Assembly: GCA_963817535.1 (NCBI GenBank)
Contig: CAWFOW010000011.1
Location: 46,754 to 110,753, forward strand
DNA: 64,000 nt
Direction: 5' to 3'
From: an uncultured Alphaproteobacteria bacterium
GTDB taxonomy: Bacteria > Pseudomonadota > Alphaproteobacteria > MPNO01 > DASWLB01
Each line of letters opens with the position of its first letter. Position 1 is the stretch's first letter. A program made the translations under genes and the position numbers. Shown in pieces: positions 37,180 to 45,795 of this stretch. The notes below the pieces were generated by a model that saw nothing but the letters and a program-made list of their open reading frames with translations, did not search any database and was not told where the DNA came from.

Positions 37180-38339
37180 CCGACCAGGGGAGACCTCCGA
37201 TGACGACAGCCTGTCTTGCCCCTAACGGCATGAACGTCTATCGCGGCGATGCGGCCGTGACACGCCTTCTCGTCGGTACGGCGAACGGCGTGGTGGTGCT
37301 CGAACGCACGCCAGGAAGCGACTGGGCGGTGACCGGCATGACGCTCGACGGGCCGCATATCAGCTCGCTTCTGATTGAGCCCGTACGCGGCGGCATCTTC
37401 GCCGGGGTGCATCGCGGCGGCATCTATTACAGCCCCGACGGCGGCCGGAGCTGGGAGCCGCGCAGCGAAGGCATTACGATCGAGCACGTGTTCACCCTGG
37501 GCTGCACGGTCGAGAACGGCGAGCCGGTCATCCTTGCGGGCACCGAGCCGGTCAGCGCGTTCTGCAGCCGCGACGAGGGGCGGAGCTGGAAGGAGTTGCC
37601 GGGGCTACACGACATGAAGGGCAAGGAAAAGTGGATGTTCCCCATGCCGCCCCATGTCGCGCATGCGAAGACGATCGCGGTCGATCCGCGCGATCCGAGG
37701 ACCATCTATGTCGGCATCGAGCAGGGTGGGCTTTTCAAGACCGTCGATGGCGGACAGAACTGGCGCGAGCTCGAATCCTATTGGCGACCCGAGGACGAGG
37801 CGTACCGGGACGTTCACCAGATCGTGCTGCGTCCGAACCATCCCGACGAGGTCTACATGACCGGCGGCATGGGGCTCTATCGCAGCATGGACGGCGGCGA
37901 AAACTGGACGCACCTGACCGAGCGGCACGGCTTCCGCATTGGATATCCCGACAAGCTGATCTTCGCGCCCGACGACGACCGCACGATGTATATGTGCGGT
38001 TCGATGGGCAACCCGGGCACCTGGATCGAGCTGCATACCGCGAACGCGACCGTCCTGGTGAGCCACGACCGCGGCGAGACCTGGGCTTCTGCACATAAGG
38101 GTTTGCCCGACCCGATGACCGCCAATCTCGAAGCAATGTGCCGCTACGACTCGCCCGATGGGTTCGAGCTGTTCGCCGGCACGACCGAGGGCAAGGTCTA
38201 TTGCAGCGAAGGCGGCAGCAACAAATGGCGCCTGATCGCTGGTGAGTTGGCGCCGGTCTCGAAGGTCGCGCATTTCCGGCTGCTGCTACCGGGTGCCGTG
38301 TCCTCGCGCGGCAAGCGCCCGACCCAAGCGCCGGCATAA
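37176..38339 (+). CDS. BNR/Asp-box repeat beta-propeller protein, no signal peptide (paralog of 44627-45721)
   Basis: Repeated S-x-D-x-G-x-(T/S)-W motifs: SPDGGRSW, SRDEGRSW, TVDGGQNW, SMDGGENW, SHDRGETW. Confidence 0.6.
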   Translation: MTDQGRPPMTTACLAPNGMNVYRGDAAVTRLLVGTANGVVVLERTPGSDWAVTGMTLDGPHISSLLIEPVRGGIFAGVHRGGIYYSPDGGRSWEPRSEGITIEHVFTLGCTVENGEPVILAGTEPVSAFCSRDEGRSWKELPGLHDMKGKEKWMFPMPPHVAHAKTIAVDPRDPRTIYVGIEQGGLFKTVDGGQNWRELESYWRPEDEAYRDVHQIVLRPNHPDEVYMTGGMGLYRSMDGGENWTHLTERHGFRIGYPDKLIFAPDDDRTMYMCGSMGNPGTWIELHTANATVLVSHDRGETWASAHKGLPDPMTANLEAMCRYDSPDGFELFAGTTEGKVYCSEGGSNKWRLIAGELAPVSKVAHFRLLLPGAVSSRGKRPTQAPA

Positions 38340-38350
38340 GCCCCAGCGCC

Positions 38351-39400
38351 ATGGACAAGCCGCAGGCGGCCACGCTCGACGAGCTACAGGCGTGGATCGG
38401 CCGCGAACATCACTTCGCGGGCGTCGACGAGGTTTCGCGCAACGACATAAGGCGCAAGCTCGAAGCCTATTGCTTCGACTGCCCGCTGCACTACGACAAT
38501 GCGGTGGCGCGGGCGCACGGCTATCGCGGCCTGGTCGCTCCCGTATCGATGACACCGCTCTGGGCCATGCCGGCATACTGGAGTCCCGGCGACCCGGTCG
38601 CCTTCGTGCCCGGTGCGCGAGAAAATCCGGGCGGCATGAGGACCGACTTGCCGATCGTCTTCCCGCGCGGCGTGAACACGGGCACGGAGTGGGAGTTCTT
38701 CGAGCCGCTCTATCCCGGCGACGAACTCGAGGGAGTCTGGCGTCTGGCCGAGATCAAGCCGCGCCAGACGCGTCTCGGCAACGGGGCGTTTCTGATCGTC
38801 GACACCGACATCCACAAGCGGACGGGCGAACTGGTCGCGAAGAACCGCAATACCAACTATCGCTATACCGAGAATCCGGACGGCGCCAAGCGGGAAAAGC
38901 GCGACGCATCGAAGTCGGACGCGCCGCCGACCGAAATCGCCGCGCCCGTGGTGACGTCGGCAGAGCCGCCGGATTGGAGCCGGCAGCTCCGCTTCGGTGA
39001 CGTGGCGGTCGGCGACGAGGTGCCGTCTTACGCCCTGTGGCTGAGCTACCAGCGTATCGTGATGAGCGTCGCGGTTGACCGCATGTTCTCTGGCATCCAC
39101 CACAACCGCGAGCGCGCCCGCGAAGCGGGGTTCGGCGACATCATCTTCAATACCCGCAGCTACGAGATGCTGTTCGAGGCGATGCTGCGCCGCTGGATCG
39201 GCTTGGATGGGCGGATCCGGAGGCTCGGTCCGTTCCGTATGGGTGGCAGCAGCTACCCTGACGACGTGGTCACCGCGCGCGCCACGGTCGTCGATACCGA
39301 GTCCGGCGCTGCAGAGCGGCGGATCAAGGTCGAGCTCGTCGCGACAAACAATAGAGGCGAGGCGGCGCGCGGCGAGGCGGAGGTCGAGCTACCCGCATAG
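38351..39400 (+). CDS. Double hot-dog MaoC-like (R)-specific enoyl-CoA hydratase/dehydratase
   Basis: 349 aa with N- and C-terminal hotdog halves. C-terminal MaoC-like ...FNTRSYEMLFEAMLRRWIG... Confidence 0.65.
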   Translation: MDKPQAATLDELQAWIGREHHFAGVDEVSRNDIRRKLEAYCFDCPLHYDNAVARAHGYRGLVAPVSMTPLWAMPAYWSPGDPVAFVPGARENPGGMRTDLPIVFPRGVNTGTEWEFFEPLYPGDELEGVWRLAEIKPRQTRLGNGAFLIVDTDIHKRTGELVAKNRNTNYRYTENPDGAKREKRDASKSDAPPTEIAAPVVTSAEPPDWSRQLRFGDVAVGDEVPSYALWLSYQRIVMSVAVDRMFSGIHHNRERAREAGFGDIIFNTRSYEMLFEAMLRRWIGLDGRIRRLGPFRMGGSSYPDDVVTARATVVDTESGAAERRIKVELVATNNRGEAARGEAEVELPA

Positions 39401-39455
39401 GCGCCGAGACGTCTTTGCGGGAGCGGCGCCCGCGCGGTTTCGTGAGGAGGAGCGA

Positions 39456-40937
39456 ATGGGTATTCGAAGCGGCACGGAGGTCCTTGCCGGGCTGCGCGAC
39501 GGTCGCGCGGTCTTTATCGATGGCGAGCGCGTGGTCGATGTCACGCGCGACCCGCGCTTCCGAGGCGCCGCGCGCACCGTTGCCGCGCTCTATGATATGC
39601 AGCACCAGCCGGAGCAGCGCGACACGCTGACTTATTCGTCGCCCAGTACCGGCGAACGGGTCGGGCTCTCCTTCATCGAACCCAAGTCACAGGACGACCT
39701 CCGCCGCCGCCGCGAAATGGTCAAATGCTGGCACGATTCGACGCTCGGCATGTTCGGACGTGCGCCCGATTTCCTCAACGTCCTCATCAGCACGTTCGGT
39801 TCGTGCGCCGAGGCATTCGGACCGGACTATGGCCCGAACATGCGTGCCTATTACGAGCGCGCCCGCGAGGGCGACCTGGTCGCGACCCACACGCTCAGCA
39901 ATCCTCAGGTCGATCGCACGCGCAACGTCGCGGCGCAGGAGAAGGATCTCGCGGCGCATGCGGTCGGCGACAACGACAAGGGCATCGTCATTCGCGGCGC
40001 CCGCATGCTGGCCACGCTCGCGGCCTATTCCGACGAGCTGCTGGTCATGCCGCCGCCATCGGGCCGCATGCCGGAGACCGAGGAGGCGAAGCCCTACGCT
40101 ATCGCGTTCGCCATTCCGGTCGCGACGCCGGGACTTCGGCTGATCTGCCGGCCGAGCGTCATGCATCTGGGCGCAGGCTCGGCACTCGATTACCCCCTGT
40201 CGGCGCGCTACGACGAGACCGACTGCATGGTGATATTCGACGACGTGCTTGTCCCGTGGGATCGGGTGTTCGTTTATCGTGACGTTCCGACCTATAACGC
40301 ACTCTACCGCCGCAGCGGCGCGTCGGCCCAGATGGCGCACCAATTCGTCACCAAGGACCTGGCGAAGGCCGAATTCATGATGGCGCTCGCCTTCGCACTG
40401 GTGCGCACGACCAAAGTCGACGAGTTTCTGCATATTCAGGGTGCACTTGCCGAGCTCATCAACCACGCCGAGGTGATCCGCTCCTGCCTGATTGCGTCGG
40501 AGCTCGGCGCGCGCCCGTCGCGCTACGGGATCATGATGCCGGCGGCGGGACCGCTCGACGCGATGCGACTGATGTTTCCGCAGATGTTCCGGCGCGCCTG
40601 CGAGATCATGCAGATCGTCGGTGCCGGGGGGCTGGTGATGGTGCCGTCCTTCGCGGAAGTCGAAGGTGCGCTGGCGTCCGACGTCGAAACCTACTATCAG
40701 GCGGCCAATGCCGACTCGCAAAGCCGCATAAAGCTGTTTCGCCTCGCCTTCGACTCGGCGCTGTCGAGCTTTTCCGGCCGGCAGCAGCTCTACGAACGCT
40801 ATTTTGCGGGCGATCCCGTTCGCGCCGCGGGCGGCCTCTACAACGCCTACGACAAGGAGCCGCACGTCGCGCGCATCTGGGACGTGCTCGACCGCTTCGA
40901 GCGGGAGGCACGGGACGACAGCGACGATTCTGTGTGA
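39456..40937 (+). CDS. 4-hydroxyphenylacetate 3-monooxygenase oxygenase-component family (HpaB-like) flavin monooxygenase
   Basis: 493 aa. HpaB-family blocks (GDLVATHTLSNPQVDR, KGIVIRGARMLATL). Strong RBS gaggagg. Confidence 0.75.
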   Translation: MGIRSGTEVLAGLRDGRAVFIDGERVVDVTRDPRFRGAARTVAALYDMQHQPEQRDTLTYSSPSTGERVGLSFIEPKSQDDLRRRREMVKCWHDSTLGMFGRAPDFLNVLISTFGSCAEAFGPDYGPNMRAYYERAREGDLVATHTLSNPQVDRTRNVAAQEKDLAAHAVGDNDKGIVIRGARMLATLAAYSDELLVMPPPSGRMPETEEAKPYAIAFAIPVATPGLRLICRPSVMHLGAGSALDYPLSARYDETDCMVIFDDVLVPWDRVFVYRDVPTYNALYRRSGASAQMAHQFVTKDLAKAEFMMALAFALVRTTKVDEFLHIQGALAELINHAEVIRSCLIASELGARPSRYGIMMPAAGPLDAMRLMFPQMFRRACEIMQIVGAGGLVMVPSFAEVEGALASDVETYYQAANADSQSRIKLFRLAFDSALSSFSGRQQLYERYFAGDPVRAAGGLYNAYDKEPHVARIWDVLDRFEREARDDSDDSV

Positions 40938-40970
40938 CGAGTGGAACCGGGCGGGAGCTGGATTGCGACC

Positions 40971-41681
40971 TTACGATTCGCCCGAGAAGAATCCTTCGGC
41001 TGCGTCAAGGATCGCCTGGCCGGAATTGTGCACGTGCTGGCGCATCGCGCGGTCGGCGCCCTTCGCGTCACCTTTCAGGATGGCCTTGACCACGCGGCCA
41101 TGCTCGAGGCGCGAGCGGCGCACGGCGGAAGGAGCGCGCTGGATCCGGTGAAACTGCAGCTCGAAGACCGAGAGGTTGGCCTGTTCCAGATAGCCCGGCA
41201 GCTCGTTGTGGCGCGCTGCCTCGACCACGAGAGCGTGGAACATTTCGTTGTATTCGGCGTAGCTCCAGTTCGGGATGCCGCGGTCCCAACGTCGCTCGAT
41301 GTCGATGAGTCGCTTGCGCTGCGCGGCATCGATCCATTCGGCGGCGCGTGCCGCCGCGAATCCCTCCAGCAAGGCGCGGATCTGGTTGGTCTCCGCGAAT
41401 TCGCGGCGCGAGATCTTGCGGATGCTCGCGCCGCGATAGAGCTCGATCTGGACGATGCCGTCGGCTTCCAGCCGACGCAGCGCCTCGCGCACGGAGCCCC
41501 GGCTGACCTGGAACTCACGCATGATGTCGGGCTCGACGAGTCGCTGGCCAAGCACGTAGCGGCCGTGTCGGATGCCGCGCTTGATCGAGTTGATGACGTG
41601 GTCGACGGCGGATACGGCGCCGACGGGGCCCGCCGGTATCGGTTCTTCGGTCTTCACGTTCGCCGTGGCACCCGTCGTCAT
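40971..41681 (-). CDS. GntR family (FCD-type) transcriptional regulator
   Basis: HTH ...RLVEPDIMREFQVSRGSVREALRRLEADGIV... plus a C-terminal FCD domain. Confidence 0.85.
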   Translation of the reverse strand: MTTGATANVKTEEPIPAGPVGAVSAVDHVINSIKRGIRHGRYVLGQRLVEPDIMREFQVSRGSVREALRRLEADGIVQIELYRGASIRKISRREFAETNQIRALLEGFAAARAAEWIDAAQRKRLIDIERRWDRGIPNWSYAEYNEMFHALVVEAARHNELPGYLEQANLSVFELQFHRIQRAPSAVRRSRLEHGRVVKAILKGDAKGADRAMRQHVHNSGQAILDAAEGFFSGES

Positions 41682-41904
41682 TGCCGTTCCTGCCCGCGCT
41701 GCTGCGCGCCTGTTAACGCCACCGGACCGGTGCCGGCGACCTTAGTGATGCCTGATGTCGGCTCACCTGACAAGCGGGTCGACAGGCGTTCAACGATTTC
41801 GTACAACGATATTAGGTCTGGCATCCCCGGCGCGAGGGGGCCTGCGCCCGGCTTCGAGTGGGTTCGACCGGATGCGCGTACCGTGATCTCGGGAGGCGGA
41901 AGAT

Positions 41905-42423
41905 ATGTCTGAGGAACGGACGAAGAGGCTGGCGGCGACCAATTTCTGGGACGAGTTGTTCAAGCTCCGCGACCAGCAGCGCGAACGGCGCTCCTCGGGC
42001 CTGCAGGTGATCAAGGGCTCGCAGCTGCCGCAAGAGATCAACCGCCAGGGTTTGATGCGCTGGTACATGCACCCGTCCATCACGGACACGATCCTCTCTA
42101 CCCACATCTTCTTCGAGCAGGAGGTACCACCGGGCAGCCGCTCGGGCCGGCTCAAGTTCCAGGGCGAACAGGTGATCTACATCCTCGAGGGCAAGGGCTA
42201 CACGCTGGTCGACGGCGTCAAGCATCGTTGGAAAGCCGGTGACGTGCTCAACCTTCCGATACGCAAGGAAGGCATCATCATCCAGCATGTGAACGAGGAT
42301 CCGGATGCGCCGGCGAAGTTCGTTGCAGCGGAGCCGAACCTGTACGCATGCACCGGCGTAGATCGCGGCTCCGGTTTCGAGCAGCTTGAGGATGCGCCCG
42401 AATACCGTCGCTCGGACCGCTAG
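41905..42423 (+). CDS. Small cupin-domain protein (paralog of 34301-34834)
   Basis: GEQVIYILEGKGYTLVDGVKHRWKAGDVLNLP...QHVN. Confidence 0.6.
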   Translation: MSEERTKRLAATNFWDELFKLRDQQRERRSSGLQVIKGSQLPQEINRQGLMRWYMHPSITDTILSTHIFFEQEVPPGSRSGRLKFQGEQVIYILEGKGYTLVDGVKHRWKAGDVLNLPIRKEGIIIQHVNEDPDAPAKFVAAEPNLYACTGVDRGSGFEQLEDAPEYRRSDR

Positions 42424-42561
42424 GCAGGCCGATGGCGGGCCTGTATCCCATCGAAATGGCACCTTAAAGCAGAGCCCAATGCGCTGCCGACGAGGCTTTG
42501 GATGAGTCACACGAACGCCGTTCACGATGGCGACCCGAGAAAGACCAAAGGAGGAAACAAG

Positions 42562-43563
42562 ATGACACGACTTTTCCTGCTCGCCGTGCTTGCCGTAGTT
42601 GCGGCCGGTCCGGCATCGGCCGCCGAGCCGATGACGCTCAAGATGAACTGGACGGTGATGCCGGCCAACATGTCGGCGTTGATGCCGTTGGTGCCCAAGG
42701 AGATCTACCGCCATTGGGGCAAGAGCTACGTGCTTGAGCCCGAGCGCATGCGCGGCTCGGGACCGGCGCTGACGGCGCTCGCGGCCGGGACGATCCAGCT
42801 ATCGACGTCCAGCCCGCAGTCGTTGGTGAACGCCGTCCAGCAGGCCAAGATCGACATCGTCGCGCTCGGCCAGGAGCTGACGACCGACCTGCCGGGCTAT
42901 GCCAGCGCCGGGACGTTCTGGGTGCGCAAGGACTCGGGGATCAACAGGATCGAGGACCTCAAGGGCAAGGTCGTTGCCGTCAACGCCTATGGCAGCCAGA
43001 TCTACGGCGTGATGCGCGCCAAGCTCAAGCAGCACGGACTCGAGGCCAGGAAGGACTACCAGGTCGTCGAGCTTCGGCTGCCAACACATCTTTCGGCGCT
43101 CCAGTCGAAGCGCGTGGATATGGCTTTCCTTCTGCTGCCGTTCAACTACAACGCCGAGCGGGATCCTTCGGTCAAGCTGCTGTTCAAGATGGGCGACGTC
43201 GCCGGTCCGCAGGAAACCGTGCTGTTCACCGCCAAACGCGATTGGCTGAGCAAGAATCATGCGGTGGTGGTCGACTTCCTTGAGGACATGTTGCGCTTCC
43301 GGCACTGGCTCTACGACCCCAAGACACGCATGCAGGCGATCGAGACCATGTCCAAGTTCACGAAGATTCCCGTAAAGTCATATGCGAGCTGGGCCTTCAC
43401 GAACCGAGACAATTACCGCGACCCGAACGGGCTGATCGACGTCGCTCGGCTTCAGAAGAACGTCGACTTCCTGAAGGCCTCGGAGGTCGTGCCCGAGACG
43501 ATCGATGCGAAAGCCCATGTGGATCTGTCGTATGTCAAGGAGGCCGCCGCACGGCTCAAGTAG
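42562..43563 (+). CDS. NMT1/SsuA-like periplasmic substrate-binding protein (orphan)
   Basis: Signal peptide MTRLFLLAVLAVVAAGPASA. RBS aaaggagga. Confidence 0.75.
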   Translation: MTRLFLLAVLAVVAAGPASAAEPMTLKMNWTVMPANMSALMPLVPKEIYRHWGKSYVLEPERMRGSGPALTALAAGTIQLSTSSPQSLVNAVQQAKIDIVALGQELTTDLPGYASAGTFWVRKDSGINRIEDLKGKVVAVNAYGSQIYGVMRAKLKQHGLEARKDYQVVELRLPTHLSALQSKRVDMAFLLLPFNYNAERDPSVKLLFKMGDVAGPQETVLFTAKRDWLSKNHAVVVDFLEDMLRFRHWLYDPKTRMQAIETMSKFTKIPVKSYASWAFTNRDNYRDPNGLIDVARLQKNVDFLKASEVVPETIDAKAHVDLSYVKEAAARLK

Positions 43564-43689
43564 CCAGGCCAAGTCAATCCCCGGCGTCGCGCCGGTGCGT
43601 CGGATCGGACTGTGTTAATGGCCGTTCGGTGGCAGTAGGGTGAGCCTCTGCTGCTACCACAGCCTGAACGCTGCAAGAGGGGAACCGTC

Positions 43690-44622
43690 GTGCCGATCGT
43701 CTTGGGCCTTGCGTCTTCGCACACGCCGTCGATGTTCGTCGCGGCCGATAAATGGCCGATGGTTCACCAGGGTCTTGTGCGCGACGTTCCCCAGCCGGCA
43801 CAAATCGCGCGCGAGACGCCCGACGTCATCGCGGAGCAAGTAGAGCGCGTGAGGCAGGGTTTCGCGGCGCTTCGGGCCGAGCTCGAGGCCGCAAAGCCCG
43901 ACGCGCTTATCATCCTGGGCGACGACCAGAACGAGCTGTTCTCGAACGCGTTGATCCCGAGCTTCGCCATCTTCATCGGCGAGGCGGCCGAAGGGACCTA
44001 CAGCATCACCTTCGTCGGCGAAAAGCCACAGGACAACTGGATGAATCTACCCTGCCATCCCGACCTGGCGCGGGTGGCGCTCGAAGGCCTCATCGAGCGC
44101 GGTTTCGACCTTGCCTATTCCGAAAAGCTGGTCCCGCTCGCCCGACCGGAAATCGGGATCGGTCATGCGTTCACCCGGATCAGCCGCGCGATGCGTTTGG
44201 CGGACTCGGGCATCCCGATCATCCCGATCTTCACCAATGCCTATCACCCGCCGCTGCCGAGCGCCGCGCGATGCTATGCGCTGGGCCAGGCGCTGCGCGA
44301 TATCTTCGCGAAACGCCCGGAACGCATTGCCATCTATGGTTCCGGTGGGCTGTCGCACGATCCGCGCGGGCCGCGCGCCGGGTGGGTGGACGAGCCGCTG
44401 GACCGGTGGGTGCTGGACCGGATCGCGCGCGGAGAAGGCGCGCAGCTTCGCAACCTCTTCACGACGGACTCCGCGACGTTGCGTGGTGGGACCGGCGAAA
44501 TCCGTAACTGGGTGGCGGTGGCAGGTGCCTATGACGGGCGCAAGGGGACGGTCGTGGACTACATCCCGTCCCACCATGCCGTGACCGGCCTCGGCTTCGC
44601 CTATTGGAACGAAGCCGCCTGA
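43690..44622 (+). CDS. Class III extradiol ring-cleavage dioxygenase (LigB family)
   Basis: 310 aa. LigB-type motifs (LASSHTPSMF..., GSGGLSHDP). Confidence 0.8.
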   Translation: MPIVLGLASSHTPSMFVAADKWPMVHQGLVRDVPQPAQIARETPDVIAEQVERVRQGFAALRAELEAAKPDALIILGDDQNELFSNALIPSFAIFIGEAAEGTYSITFVGEKPQDNWMNLPCHPDLARVALEGLIERGFDLAYSEKLVPLARPEIGIGHAFTRISRAMRLADSGIPIIPIFTNAYHPPLPSAARCYALGQALRDIFAKRPERIAIYGSGGLSHDPRGPRAGWVDEPLDRWVLDRIARGEGAQLRNLFTTDSATLRGGTGEIRNWVAVAGAYDGRKGTVVDYIPSHHAVTGLGFAYWNEAA

Positions 44623-44626
44623 ACGA

Positions 44627-45721
44627 TCACGCAGGCTGCAGCGGGCGATAATGGCGCCCCTTGGTGACCGGGGCGAGGCTGCCGGCGATCATCGTCCAGT
44701 TCTCCGCCCCGTCCTCGCTCGCCATGACGATGCCGTCCGTCGTTCCGGCGAAAAGAACGAACCCGCCGGGATATGTGGCAAGACTCATCGCCTCGATGTT
44801 GGCGCGCCGGCTTTCGGGAAAGCCCCGGCTCGCATCGGTCCAGGTCAGGCCCCGGTCGAGGCTTCGCGCGACCGTCCCGTCGGCGAAGCGGGACGTTTGC
44901 CAAGTGCCAGGGTCCTTCCCGGCACCGGCCATGAACATCGTATCGTGATCGAGCGGCGAGACGAAAAAGTGGTCCGGATACCCGATGCGAAAGTCGTTGT
45001 CGATGATCAGTGTCCAGCTTTCGCCCGCGTCGTAGCTGCGATAGAGCCCCATGCCGGTCGTCATGTAGAGTTCGGCCGAGCTCGACGGGTGGACGACGAT
45101 CAGGTGAATGTCACGATACGTCCAATCGCTCGGCTTCGAATAGTCGTCCAGAACGCGCCAGCTCGCGCCGCCGTCGGTCGTCTTCAAAAGGTCGCCCTGT
45201 TCGACTCCCGCATAGATCACGTTCGGATCGTGCGGATCGACAGTCATCGTCTTCACGTGCGCCTCGTGCGGCGGGCTCGGAAACGACCACTTCTCGCGCC
45301 CCCTGGTCTCCTTTACGCCCGGTAGCTCGATCCATGCCCGGCCGTAATCGTTGCTGCGGAACATCGAGGCCGGTTCGGTGCCGGCATAGAGCACGACGGC
45401 ATCGCCGTGATGTGCGTAGCCGAGCGAAAACACGTGCCCGATCGTAATGCCGTTCGAGCGGGGCTCCCACGTCTCGCCGCCATCCGCGCTGAAGAACAGG
45501 CCACCGGAATGCATGCCGGCGAAGATGCCGCCACGGCGGGGCTCGATCATGATCGAGCTGCAATGGTGCCCCTCCAGCCTCAGGCCTTGCTCGGCCCAGG
45601 GGGCATTCGGCGTTTCGCGCTCGAGGACGCTGATGCCGCGCAGCGTCGCGACGAGAAGGCGCGTCGGCGGAGAATCGCCGGTCATCTGATTCTGGCCATT
45701 CGGCGACAGGCACGCAATCAT
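44627..45721 (-). CDS. BNR/Asp-box repeat beta-propeller protein (paralog of 37176-38339)
   Basis: SADGGETW, SNDYGRAW, TTDGGASW, SYDAGESW, SLDRGLTW. About 55% identical to its paralog by eye. Confidence 0.6.
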   Translation of the reverse strand: MIACLSPNGQNQMTGDSPPTRLLVATLRGISVLERETPNAPWAEQGLRLEGHHCSSIMIEPRRGGIFAGMHSGGLFFSADGGETWEPRSNGITIGHVFSLGYAHHGDAVVLYAGTEPASMFRSNDYGRAWIELPGVKETRGREKWSFPSPPHEAHVKTMTVDPHDPNVIYAGVEQGDLLKTTDGGASWRVLDDYSKPSDWTYRDIHLIVVHPSSSAELYMTTGMGLYRSYDAGESWTLIIDNDFRIGYPDHFFVSPLDHDTMFMAGAGKDPGTWQTSRFADGTVARSLDRGLTWTDASRGFPESRRANIEAMSLATYPGGFVLFAGTTDGIVMASEDGAENWTMIAGSLAPVTKGRHYRPLQPA

Positions 45722-45757
45722 GTCAACCTCGCCTCTGCCCTAGGGGCTGTCCAATAA

Positions 45758-45774
45758 GTTACATACTGCACAAT
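45758..45774. promoter_or_regulatory. Operator-like motif GTTACATACTGCACAAT upstream of the BNR gene
   Basis: Shares the GTTA.A.ACTGCA.AA core with the palindrome at 46857-46879. Confidence 0.4.
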
Positions 45775-45795
45775 ATATATCGTCGTATCGCAGGC

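Noticed and set aside
42425-42447. Short GC stem (CAGGCC-gatggc-GGGCCTG) just after the cupin stop as a terminator
   Set aside because: Only a 6-7 bp stem and no T-run. The downstream SBP is probably co-transcribed
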